Below are positions 25,899 through 34,448 of a DNA stretch of 64,000 nt, piece after piece. Each line of letters begins with the position of its first letter. Position 1 is the first letter of the stretch. The translations under genes were made by a program, and so were the position numbers. The DNA is from Vicinamibacterales bacterium (GTDB taxonomy: Bacteria > Acidobacteriota > Vicinamibacteria > Vicinamibacterales > CAVVIG01), in assembly GCA_035537875.1 (NCBI GenBank), contig DATLLJ010000002.1, positions 104,283-168,282 on the forward strand. Direction: 5' to 3'. The notes under the pieces are model-generated. The model was not told the origin of the DNA and did not search any database. It saw only the letters and a list, made by a program, of their open reading frames with translations.

Positions 25899-26369
25899 AT
25901 GAAGAGACTCCTCGCCACTATCGTGTTCGTGTGCATGGGAGTATCCGCCCATACGTACGCGCAGACGCCGACAACGGCTCTGGCGGCCGATCCCGGCCTC
26001 AAGCAGAAGATCCTCGCGCTCGAGGCCAGGCGCATTGCGGCCATGGTGAACAAGGACATGGCCACCCTCGACTCGATTCTTGCCGAAGATCTCACGTACA
26101 CCCATTCCGGTGGACGGACCGATACGAAGGCGGCTTTCATGGCGCTGATCGGCGGCCCGGACAACCGGTATCTGGGTGTGGACTACACGAGCACCGAGGT
26201 CATTCCGACGGGGAACGCGGTGATCGTACGTGGGGTGGCCCAGATCCGCCTCGGCGAAGGCCCGCGAGGGCCAGCCACCAGCTACCCGGTTCTGTTTCTC
26301 GACGTCTATGCGCTGCGAAATGGCGTCTGGCAGATGGTGGCGTGGCAGGCCACTCGTCCCGGCGACTAG
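25899..26369 (+). CDS. Secreted DUF4440/NTF2-like protein
   Basis: The ATG at 25899 follows AGGAGG and gives MKRLLATIVFVCMGVSAHTYAQ. The body has LEARRIAAMVNKDMATLDSILAEDLTYTH...NGVWQMVAWQAT. Confidence 0.7.
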   Translation: MKRLLATIVFVCMGVSAHTYAQTPTTALAADPGLKQKILALEARRIAAMVNKDMATLDSILAEDLTYTHSGGRTDTKAAFMALIGGPDNRYLGVDYTSTEVIPTGNAVIVRGVAQIRLGEGPRGPATSYPVLFLDVYALRNGVWQMVAWQATRPGD

Positions 26370-26413
26370 ATTCGAGCGAGAGGGAGACGTTCGCCCCCAC
26401 GCGACGTTCTGAA

Positions 26414-29400
26414 TCAGTTCTGAAGCAGACGGGTCGCGAGACGACCGGAACTGCCCCGCAAGAGCGACTCCCGCACCCGTCGTGAAGCGTCCGATGCGTG
26501 TAATGGCAGGTGAATCTTCGCGGTCATATCGCCGCCCGGTTCGACCGTCATCCACAGGTGGCCGTGACAATCGCTGATGAGCGCCTGAAGCGCGCCGAGG
26601 TCGACTCCGGCTTTGGCCGCTGATTTATCGGGGCTCGGCGTGGTCGGGTTGCCGCGAAGCCCCAGCGGCCCGTCCTGCATCGCCCGCCTGATCTCCTTGA
26701 CCGTGATCAGCGCGTGAGGACCGAGACGGACGTTGGGATGCTTTGCGATGAATTGGCCATCGACGACGATGGTTGCCAGTTCGATCCTCAGTCGGCCACC
26801 GTAGGGCAGGCGCTCCCGGCAGTAACTGGCCAGATTGACGAGGAGTCTTTCGACCCGCTTCGGCTTGACATCCACCTTGAGCAGAGAAGCGGCCCTGGGC
26901 ATTTCGAGCTCGACATCGTCTCCGGCGACGCGCTTCAGAACCGGCTCGAGATCGCGTAAGACCCTGTTCAAATCGACCGGCGGAAGACTGCTGATCTCTT
27001 CGTCCCCGTACACGGCGAGCTGTCGAAGGAAGCTGGCGGCGCGCTTCACCTCATCAAGCACCTGTTGACCTTGCTGCCGCATGGCCGCGTCGGTGTCGAC
27101 AGTCGCCAGCCACTGCTCGACGTCCTGATGGATCTCGTTGAGCAGATTGCCACAGGTGACAGCGACTTCCGACGCCAGCCGTCCGACGGCTTCCATCCGG
27201 TGGGCGTCGCCGAGCCTGTCCTGGAGGGCACGAAGATTCGTCAGATCTTCGGCGACGATCTGGATGAGGTCAGGAGAAGATACGGCTGCCGACAGGCGAA
27301 CGAAGAGGCGGCTTCCATTTCTGTGCTTCCACGTGGTCTCCAGTGATTCCTTCGCGTTCGTGCTCAGGCAGCGCTCGAGCAGATACGACAGGTCCCCCGG
27401 TGATTCGAAGACCGAAGCGGCGAAGCCCGCGCCCCGCAGTTCGTCCGCCTTCCGACAGCCGACCAGGACCTCAAAGGCGCGGTTCGCCTCGATGAGCCCG
27501 CCGTCGCGGGTGCATCGGCAGAGCGGCAGGGGAGAAGTCTCGAACTGCCGACGATTCTCTGTCCGACTGTCATCGAGCCGCTTCTGCAGTTGGGGCACGC
27601 GGTTGGCTTCAGCCTGCAGAACCTCGTGACGGCTTCGAAAGCCATCGAGCTCCTGAATCGTCGCTGTGAGCTTCCCTTTGAGCTGCTCGATTTCCCGGTT
27701 TCGCGTCGCCAGCGTCGTCCGCAAACCGGTCTGAAGCTGGGTCCGCTCGTTCTCTGACGCCTGCAAGGCCGCCGCGTGCCGCGCTGCCTGCTCTTTGAAG
27801 CGAGCGTCACGCTCGCTGACGGAAGCGACCAGCGTCGCCACCGCGACGGCATGCTCGTTCGAGGCCCGATCGAATGCCTGTTGAAGGTCCCTCTGAGCCT
27901 CCAGGTACTGCTGAGCCTCGGCCTTCATGCGTTCTCGAATGGTTTCGACTTCCCCGGTCAACGAATCGCGTTCCAGCGTGAGGCGCTGGAGACGATCGTG
28001 CAGCTCAGCCAGCCGACTCTCCTGGTCACGTCGCTCTCGAGCGATCTCTTCTTCGAGTCGCGACACATGCTCGCGCGCACGCGCGGCGGCGGCTGCGGCC
28101 TCCTCGTGGAGACGCCGTTCGGTCTCAGCTGCGGTGGATCGCGTCTCCGCAACGTTGCGCTCCAACGCTTCGCGCTGTTCGGTTTCCCGAGTAAGCCGCG
28201 CTTCAAGCGCCGAGTACTGCTCTGACGCCGCCGCATGCTCCCGGATGGCGAGCTCGGCGGCTTCCTGGAGTGCGGTCGTCGCCTCGGCCAGCTGCAACTG
28301 GAGCGAATCACGGGTTGCGGCCGTCTCGGCAAGCTGCGATGCAAGCTGCATCTCGCGCTCGCCGGCCGCTTTCAGTTCACCGGTGGCGCGTTCATCCGCT
28401 TCCCTGAGTGCGATCGCCGCCTCGGTCAAGCGCTGCTCGAGGGCCCGGTGAGTTGCGGCCCCATCGGCGAGCTGGGCCGTGAGCTCCGCCTCGCGCATCG
28501 TCAAGCGCTCGACGTCGGCGGTGATCGATTCATGCTTGCGCAGGGTCACCGAGAGAGCCGACGCCAATTCTCGCGCCTGCTCGTCCAGGGCATTTCGTGC
28601 GGTCGCCACCTCGGTCAGCTGCTGATCGAGCGCCTCTCGGGCCGCGGTCGCGTCGGCAAGTCGGGATACGAGGTCCGCTTCACGCGCCTCGGCTGCCTGT
28701 CGCTCGCTGCTGGCGCGTTCGTCTGCTTCTTGGAGCGCGGTCGTCGCCTCCGTGAGCCGCAGATCGAGCGTCTGGCCAGTCGAGGCCGCGTCGGCAAGGT
28801 GGGATGCGAGCTCCGCTTCACGCGCGTCGGCCGCACGCCGTTCGCCCGCGGCGCGCTCGTTCGCTTCTTGGAGCGCGGCCGTCGCCTCCGTCAGCCGCAG
28901 CTCGAGCGTCTGGCGAGTCGAGGCCGACTCGGCAAGGTGGGACGAGAGCTCCGCCTCCCGAAGGGTCAAACGTTCGACGTCGGCCGTGACCGACTCATGG
29001 TTACGGAGAGTTGCCGAGAGAGCCGCCGCCAATTCGCGCGCCTGTTCATCCAGGGAATTTCGTGCGGCCGCTACCTCGGTCAGCTGCTGCTCGAGCGTCT
29101 GCCGGATCTCGGCAGCCTCGGCAAGTTCGGACGAGAGGTCCGCCTGACGCGCAAGAGCTGCCTGTCGTTCCCGCCCGGTGCGCTCGTCCGCTTCCTGGAG
29201 CGCGGCCGTCGCCTCCGTGAGCCGCAGCTCGAACGACTGGCGGGCGTGTATCGCCTCCGACAGCTGCGAGGCGAGTTCCGCCTCCCGCGCCCCGGCGGCC
29301 TGCCGTTCGCGGGTGGCGCGTTCGTTCGCCTCGTGGAGGGCCGTCGTCAACTCCGTCAGTCGCAGCTCGAGCGCCTGCCGGCTCGAGGCCGCGTCGGCAA

Positions 29401-31375
29401 GTTGGGACGAAAGCTCCGCCTCACGCTGCGTCAGGCGCTCGACGTCAGCAGCGGCCGACTCGTGGCTGCTCTGGACCGAGGAGAGGGCCGCCGACAGTTC
29501 GCGCGCCTGCTGCTCAAACGTATCTCGAGCCGCTGCTGCCTCGGTCACACGCTGCTCAAGGACCTGACGGGTGTGAACGGCGTCGGCAAGCTGGGATGCA
29601 AGCTCCGCTTCACGCGCGGCGGCCGCCTCCCGTTCGCTTGTGGCGCGTGCGTGCGCTTCTTCGAGCGCGCTCGTCACATCCATCAGTCGCAGCTCGAGCG
29701 CTTGACGGGCAGCGCCCGCGTCCGCAAGCTGCGAGGCGACGTCCGCCTGTCGCCGCGTTAAACGCTCGACGTCGGCGGTGGCCGACTCGTGGTTGCGCCG
29801 GGCCACGGTGAGGGCCGCCGACAGTTCGCGCGCCTGCTGGTCCAGCGCATGGCGTGCGGTGACCGCCTCGGTCAACTCGGCGTCGAACTGTGCCTGGCGC
29901 TCGGAAAGGGCGGCCGCGGCGCTTGTCATCGCCGACGCATGTCGCTCCTCAAGCTCCCGCAGGGCGATTTCCGTCTGGGCGAGGGTCTGTTCGAGGGCGG
30001 CGCGCGATGCACGCTCCTCACGAACCACCTGGTCGAGCTCCGCCTGTCGCGCGGCGGCCGCCTGCCGTTCGCGGGTTACCCGCTCGTCCGCCTCTGTGAG
30101 CGCCGTCGCCGCTTCCGCCAGCCCCAGTTCGAGCGTCTCGCGAGTGTGGACCGCGTCGGCAAGCTGCGAGGCGAGCTCCGCTTGTCGCGCGGCGGCCGCC
30201 TGCTGTTCGCGGGTTACGCGCTCGTCGGCCTCTGTGAGCGCCGCCGCCGCTTCCGCCAGCCCCAGTTCGAGCGTCTCGCGAGTGTGGACCGCGTCGGCAA
30301 GCTGCGAGGCGAGCTCCGCTTCGCGATGCCTCAGACGCTCGACGTCGGCAATGGCCGTCGCATGGTTCTGCCTGGCCCGGTGCACCTCGATGGCCGCCAC
30401 GCGCAGCTGCTCGTCGATCATGTCCCGCATGGCCGCGGCGCGCGCAATCGCGATGTCGTGCTTCGCCTGACGTTCGGCCAGCTGACTGGCGGCGGCGGTC
30501 AGCGCCGACTGGTGGCGCTGCTCCGCATCCTGAAGTGCGGCCTTGACATCGACGAGCTCCTCCTCGAGGCTGCCGCGCGCCTCGCGCTCCAATTGAACAA
30601 CGCGTTCGAGCTTCGTTTCGCGATCGGCCGCCGCCGACTGTTCGGCTGCCCGGCTCTGTTCACGCTGCCGCAGCAAGGCCTCCACGTCGGCCAGGCGATC
30701 CTGGAGCGCCGACTTACTGCGAACCGCATCGGCCAGCCTCGCGTCCAGTGCCTGCCACTGCGCGAGCCGATCCGCCGCCGGTGAATCCGAGGCTGTCGCC
30801 CGTCTGGCGCGATCGAGCAACGCTTGCACGTCAGCCGGTATAGGTGCGGCGCCGACGCGCGTCGCGCTGGTTCCCGTCGGCCGGAGAGGCTGCGAGGGTT
30901 GCTTTACGTCCAAAGTCTCAACCTTGTGAGTGCGCGCTGGCGCGATCGGCTCCCTGGATGAACGCTCGCGGTCGCCATCGACAGGCGTATGCGCAATCGC
31001 TCGAGTGATGGCCCCCGCAAGAGCGCCGACGTTCTTGGCGGTGTGAACGCCAGCGCCCACGTGGGCCGATTCGAGCTCGAGGCTTGCGCCGTCTGGCGAG
31101 ATGACCACGACCGGGGCAGTGAGCCCAAGGCGCCGAACCTGGGCCAGAAACGCGTTGAAGTTTTCACTGCTGAGCTGGGTTTCCGCGACGACAGCCGCCA
31201 CGTCAGGGTTTTGTTCAATCCGGTGCGTGGCATGGTCGAAGTGAGTGGCCCACAAGACCTTAACCGTTGGCGTTACGCTGTAGAGCGCAGCGGCAACAGC
31301 CTGGGCATCGGTGCGCGCGGTGGCGACATAGAGAATCTTCATGCACTCGGGCGAACTTGTGAGAATTCGCCGCAC
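26414..31375 (-). CDS. Giant coiled-coil signalling-like protein: receiver-like domain, ~1100-aa coiled coil, PAS domain, degenerate histidine-kinase core
   Basis: This is a single 1653-codon ORF; the likely start is MKILYVAT at 31342. Residues 12-130 are CheY-like. Residues ~190-1281 are rich in A/E/R/L/Q, contain almost no Pro or Gly, and include tandem repeats. Residues 1282-1390 are PAS-like. Residues 1391-1415 (HRMEAVGRLASEVAVTCGNLLNEI) are HisKA-like. Residues 1467-1640 are HATPase_c-like (VDLNRVLRDLEPVLKRVAGDDVELE...RLLVNLASYCRERLPYGGRLRIE...). Confidence 0.85.
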   Translation of the reverse strand: MRRILTSSPECMKILYVATARTDAQAVAAALYSVTPTVKVLWATHFDHATHRIEQNPDVAAVVAETQLSSENFNAFLAQVRRLGLTAPVVVISPDGASLELESAHVGAGVHTAKNVGALAGAITRAIAHTPVDGDRERSSREPIAPARTHKVETLDVKQPSQPLRPTGTSATRVGAAPIPADVQALLDRARRATASDSPAADRLAQWQALDARLADAVRSKSALQDRLADVEALLRQREQSRAAEQSAAADRETKLERVVQLEREARGSLEEELVDVKAALQDAEQRHQSALTAAASQLAERQAKHDIAIARAAAMRDMIDEQLRVAAIEVHRARQNHATAIADVERLRHREAELASQLADAVHTRETLELGLAEAAAALTEADERVTREQQAAAARQAELASQLADAVHTRETLELGLAEAATALTEADERVTRERQAAAARQAELDQVVREERASRAALEQTLAQTEIALRELEERHASAMTSAAAALSERQAQFDAELTEAVTARHALDQQARELSAALTVARRNHESATADVERLTRRQADVASQLADAGAARQALELRLMDVTSALEEAHARATSEREAAAAREAELASQLADAVHTRQVLEQRVTEAAAARDTFEQQARELSAALSSVQSSHESAAADVERLTQREAELSSQLADAASSRQALELRLTELTTALHEANERATRERQAAGAREAELASQLSEAIHARQSFELRLTEATAALQEADERTGRERQAALARQADLSSELAEAAEIRQTLEQQLTEVAAARNSLDEQARELAAALSATLRNHESVTADVERLTLREAELSSHLAESASTRQTLELRLTEATAALQEANERAAGERRAADAREAELASHLADAASTGQTLDLRLTEATTALQEADERASSERQAAEAREADLVSRLADATAAREALDQQLTEVATARNALDEQARELASALSVTLRKHESITADVERLTMREAELTAQLADGAATHRALEQRLTEAAIALREADERATGELKAAGEREMQLASQLAETAATRDSLQLQLAEATTALQEAAELAIREHAAASEQYSALEARLTRETEQREALERNVAETRSTAAETERRLHEEAAAAAARAREHVSRLEEEIARERRDQESRLAELHDRLQRLTLERDSLTGEVETIRERMKAEAQQYLEAQRDLQQAFDRASNEHAVAVATLVASVSERDARFKEQAARHAAALQASENERTQLQTGLRTTLATRNREIEQLKGKLTATIQELDGFRSRHEVLQAEANRVPQLQKRLDDSRTENRRQFETSPLPLCRCTRDGGLIEANRAFEVLVGCRKADELRGAGFAASVFESPGDLSYLLERCLSTNAKESLETTWKHRNGSRLFVRLSAAVSSPDLIQIVAEDLTNLRALQDRLGDAHRMEAVGRLASEVAVTCGNLLNEIHQDVEQWLATVDTDAAMRQQGQQVLDEVKRAASFLRQLAVYGDEEISSLPPVDLNRVLRDLEPVLKRVAGDDVELEMPRAASLLKVDVKPKRVERLLVNLASYCRERLPYGGRLRIELATIVVDGQFIAKHPNVRLGPHALITVKEIRRAMQDGPLGLRGNPTTPSPDKSAAKAGVDLGALQALISDCHGHLWMTVEPGGDMTAKIHLPLHASDASRRVRESLLRGSSGRLATRLLQN
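28220..30325 (-). repeat. In-frame tandem repeat array inside the giant gene (138-bp A units, 189-bp B units, 465-bp A-A-B super-repeat)
   Basis: Nine 46-aa A units have the consensus REAELASQLADAxxxRQxLELRLTEATxALQEADERxxRERQAAxA. Three clear 63-aa B units have the consensus RxAxLxSxLAxAxxxRxxLxQQLTEVAxARNxLDEQARELxxALSxTLRxHESxTADVERLTx. The two N-terminal A units (30188-30325 and 30050-30187) differ at only about 4 of 138 nt. Confidence 0.9.
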
Positions 31376-31459
31376 AATGTATCGGCCAGACGCCCGAGTA
31401 GCTGCAATCTTGATCTCGCGGTCACTCCGGCACGAGATGCCGGAGGGGACCTGCGTCCG

Positions 31460-32176
31460 CTAGTTGATGGCCTTGTACAAGCGTTCGTCGAGCGGGCTTC
31501 CGGAAATCGGCTGCAGCTCGTCTCGGTACTGTTTGGTGTGCGCCGCGGCGGCGTGCGCGTCGAGCGCGCTCTGATTCTGCCACGTTTCGATGACCGTGAA
31601 GTGATTGCCGCGCATCGCGTGTTGCAGGACATCGAAGCGCAGGTTCCCGGGCTCCTTGCGGCTTGCCTCGGCCAGGCGGCGAAGCAGCGTCGGGGCGTCA
31701 GCCTTCCCACCCTGAGCGCTCGGGGCAGCGTCGACATGAGCCACGATGTGAACGGCCTGGCCGTCTCCCTGACCGGTCGTCGAACCGACGGTCAGCGTCT
31801 TGTACGGGCGCAGATCGTAGCCGCTCACTCGACCGGGCTGAAGCGCCTCCTGAAACTGCTTTACGTGTGCGGCATCGCGCCGGGCCTCGTACGCGACCTG
31901 ATCCCGCCACGTTTCGACAATCGCGAAATGTCCGGGCCAGCCCACCTGCTCGAACGCGTCCAGTCGCCCGAATCCGGCATCCTTGCTGCTCGCCGTCCGG
32001 TACTGTTTCAGGGCGGCGACCATCGTCGCCCTCGCCGAAGGCGCGATTTCGACATACGCCACGGCGTAGAAAGCACTGTCGCCAGCGACCTGGGCGCGGG
32101 CTGGAACGCCTTGCCCGGCTGCAAGCAGGCTCGCTCCAATGAGGAGGCACATGCGGTGAGGCATCGGAAACTCCAT
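31460..32176 (-). CDS. Tandem ABM (antibiotic biosynthesis monooxygenase-like) domain protein with signal peptide
   Basis: 238 aa with two repeats of the ferredoxin-like ABM pattern (FAIVETWRDQVAYEARRDAAHVKQF and FTVIETWQNQSALDAHAAAAHTKQY). Confidence 0.75.
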   Translation of the reverse strand: MEFPMPHRMCLLIGASLLAAGQGVPARAQVAGDSAFYAVAYVEIAPSARATMVAALKQYRTASSKDAGFGRLDAFEQVGWPGHFAIVETWRDQVAYEARRDAAHVKQFQEALQPGRVSGYDLRPYKTLTVGSTTGQGDGQAVHIVAHVDAAPSAQGGKADAPTLLRRLAEASRKEPGNLRFDVLQHAMRGNHFTVIETWQNQSALDAHAAAAHTKQYRDELQPISGSPLDERLYKAIN

Positions 32177-32195
32177 TCTGAAAGCGTTTCAGTCC

Positions 32196-32681
32196 TTACT
32201 TCCAGGAGGCGATGGCTTTCCCCTGCAGCGAATCGGGTCCGAACTCGAAGAGTTCGATTCTGATGCCACCCGGAGCTGTCGCGTTCGCGACCGCTGAATC
32301 CTGCCGGCCGGCGCGCGGATCCTCCACGGTCACGCCGCGCTGCTTCAGGGTTGCGACCGCATCGTGCAGGTTCTCGACGTGGAGCCCGAAGTGCGTCAGC
32401 CCGGGCGGCCGCGTGGCATTGGACGGCTGCAACTCGACGAACGTATCGCGGCTCACCTGCACGTAGGCCAGCGTGGGCTGTCCTTTCTCGTCGCGTACGG
32501 TGAACGCTTCGCGAAATCCCATCTTCTGAGTGTAGAAGGTGAAAGCCTCGTCGAAATTCTCGACGCTGACGCCGACGTGGTTCAGGTAGTTCATGCCGGC
32601 AAGCCGGCCGCCCTGCGCGAAGCCCGGCGCGACAAGCGCTCCAACGACCATTCCAAGGAGAAACCCGGCTGACGCACGCAT
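32196..32681 (-). CDS. VOC (glyoxalase/bleomycin-resistance/dioxygenase) family protein with signal peptide
   Basis: The ATG at 32681 follows AAGGAGG and gives MRASAGFLLGMVVGALVAPGFAQG. Family features are LNHVGVSVENFDEAFTFYTQKMGF...HFGLHVENL. Confidence 0.75.
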   Translation of the reverse strand: MRASAGFLLGMVVGALVAPGFAQGGRLAGMNYLNHVGVSVENFDEAFTFYTQKMGFREAFTVRDEKGQPTLAYVQVSRDTFVELQPSNATRPPGLTHFGLHVENLHDAVATLKQRGVTVEDPRAGRQDSAVANATAPGGIRIELFEFGPDSLQGKAIASWK

Positions 32682-32691
32682 TGCCGCCTCC

Positions 32692-33144
32692 TTACGCTGC
32701 CACCCGCGTACTTTGACTCGCGACACATTGCCATCGGCCGTCACGGAACACGAACACGTCGACGTACCGGAACGTCACCGCCAGCGGCTTCCCCTTGCTG
32801 GGTCCCAGGAGATGCTGCGACATCCAGACGACCGCCGTGTCTCCGTAGATCTTGACGATGAATTCGTCGAGCGTGGACGAATCGATCTGCTGATCGAAGG
32901 TGGCGGCGCGGGACAGCTCTTCGTCGCGGTCGCCGCGGGTCCCGTCGCCGTAGGTCGCGACGAACTCCTCGGCCAGGATTCCCGCGATGAAAGCCACGTC
33001 CCTGCGGCGAAACGCGGCGTCCCAGTCGTGCTCGAGCTGAATGAGAATCTGCTGATCCGACTTCACTGCCGCGGTCTGGCCGCCGGAAACCGTTGCGACG
33101 CATACGGCGGCGAGCAGAGCGACGAGGACCGAGCACCGGATCAT
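32692..33144 (-). CDS. Secreted DUF4440/NTF2-like protein
   Basis: 150 aa with a signal peptide, then ILIQLEHDWDAAFRRRDVAFIAGILAEEF...FRDGRWQCVASQST. Confidence 0.7.
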   Translation of the reverse strand: MIRCSVLVALLAAVCVATVSGGQTAAVKSDQQILIQLEHDWDAAFRRRDVAFIAGILAEEFVATYGDGTRGDRDEELSRAATFDQQIDSSTLDEFIVKIYGDTAVVWMSQHLLGPSKGKPLAVTFRYVDVFVFRDGRWQCVASQSTRVAA

Positions 33145-33233
33145 CTGTGCCTCTCAATCCGTTTGCGGTTCGAGCGGGATCGCAGCCTTCAATTCCGGCT
33201 CCCGACTACCTGGCGTGGCCATTGTCGCACGCT

Positions 33234-33974
33234 TCATCTGGGCTTCCGGCAGGCGAACACCTCGTACTGCCCCGACGCGGGGGCCAGATGATCCGCCGGA
33301 ACGACTGTGGCCTCGAAACCGGCATCCGACAGCAAGCCGAGCCATTCCATGCGACCGAACAACCCCTCGATGTGACGGTCCCAGACCACGCGGGTCGATC
33401 CGTCCTCGTCACGGAGCAGATACGCGTAATCGACCACGTAAGACGTGTCGTCCGGCTCGGGATCCCACGTCCACTCGAGGTAGCGGAGCGCCCGCTTCCC
33501 GCCGTCCTCCCCGCCATGATCGGTGGAAGCTTGAAAGGACTCTCGCACGTGGTCCGGCGCGAACAAGGCGGCGCCGCCGGGCCTGCAGTGTGCAAACGCC
33601 GTCGCGATGACCCTCCGCAGGTCTACCTCGGTCGTCATATAGCAGATGGCGTCGTGAACGAACACGCCGTCGAACTCACGTCCAAGGCGGACGTCCCGCA
33701 TATCGGCCTGGATATGCTCGCACTCGGGGTTCAGCCGTCGGCTCACGTCGAGCATGCCGACGGACCGATCGACCAGCACCAGATCGAACCGTGCTTTCAA
33801 ATGGAAGGCGTTGTTGCCCCCGCCGCTGCCAAGCTCGAGCACCGAACGGCACTCCCCCCGGCAGGTTTCCAACAAGATCCGCTGATAGAAGGCCGCTTCT
33901 TCGGCGTAATCGGCTGGAGGAGAAAGCAACGGCCACCAATCCGCGAGCTCGTGATAGAGCTTTGGTGCCCCCAC
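33234..33974 (-). CDS. Class I SAM-dependent methyltransferase (TylM1/DesVI-like family)
   Basis: The motifs VLELGSGGGNNAFHL (motif I), NPECEHIQADMRDVRLGREFDGVFVHDAICYM and RPGGAALF match the family. The likely start is GTG at 33974, 4 nt after the deaminase stop. The upstream part of ORF 33234..34304 is antisense junk. Confidence 0.75.
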   Translation of the reverse strand: MGAPKLYHELADWWPLLSPPADYAEEAAFYQRILLETCRGECRSVLELGSGGGNNAFHLKARFDLVLVDRSVGMLDVSRRLNPECEHIQADMRDVRLGREFDGVFVHDAICYMTTEVDLRRVIATAFAHCRPGGAALFAPDHVRESFQASTDHGGEDGGKRALRYLEWTWDPEPDDTSYVVDYAYLLRDEDGSTRVVWDRHIEGLFGRMEWLGLLSDAGFEATVVPADHLAPASGQYEVFACRKPR

Positions 33975-33978
33975 CGCA

Positions 33979-34428
33979 TCATCCGCCGTCTGCGCCGATG
34001 TCCTCGTGCCACAGCTCGGGATGCGAGTTGATGAAACGGGACATGAGATGCATGCAGGCCGGATCCTGAAGCACGCGAATCGTGACGCCGCGCGACTCCA
34101 GTAGCGCCTCTTCACCACGAAAGGTCTGGTTTTCTCCGATGACGATCTTGGGAATGCCGTAAAGGAGAACGGCGCCGCTGCACATCGAACAGGGCGAAAG
34201 CGTGGTGTAGAGAACGGATTCGCGGTACACGGCAGCCGGCTGCCGGCCGGCGCGCTCCAGCGCGTCCATCTCGCCGTGCAGTACGACGCTTCCCTGCTGA
34301 ACACGCCGGTTATGTCCGCGGCCGATGATGTGGCCGCGGTGCACCAGGACCGATCCGATCGGGATGCCGCCCTCGCGTTCGCCGGCTTCGGCTTCCTCGA
34401 TGGCGGCGCGCATGAACTCGTCGATCAT
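33979..34428 (-). CDS. CDA-fold nucleobase deaminase (Fcy1-like cytosine/guanine deaminase)
   Basis: 149 aa. HGEMDALE...PCSMCSGAVLLYGIPKIVIGEN is the zinc-binding H(C)xE...PCxxC signature. Confidence 0.85.
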   Translation of the reverse strand: MIDEFMRAAIEEAEAGEREGGIPIGSVLVHRGHIIGRGHNRRVQQGSVVLHGEMDALERAGRQPAAVYRESVLYTTLSPCSMCSGAVLLYGIPKIVIGENQTFRGEEALLESRGVTIRVLQDPACMHLMSRFINSHPELWHEDIGADGG

Positions 34429-34448
34429 GTCCCGATCACCTCACGCGC

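Noticed and set aside
28220-30325. Regularly spaced repeats that could be mistaken for a CRISPR array.
   Set aside because: The units are 138 or 189 bp and contiguous, with no unique spacers. They are in frame within one ORF and diverge like protein repeats. No cas genes are present in the window.
28235-30784. Plus-strand ORFs of 508 aa and 331 aa with striking internal repeats (..RLREPQLERLA..).
   Set aside because: They are the reverse-complement reading of the tandem repeats in the giant minus-strand gene. The minus-strand frame is continuous for 1653 codons and has real terminal domains.
31411-31418. A single CTGCAATC upstream of the giant gene that matches the octamer repeated at 59093-59124.
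   Set aside because: One 8-mer match is expected by chance in 128 kb of two-strand sequence. There is no tandem structure here.
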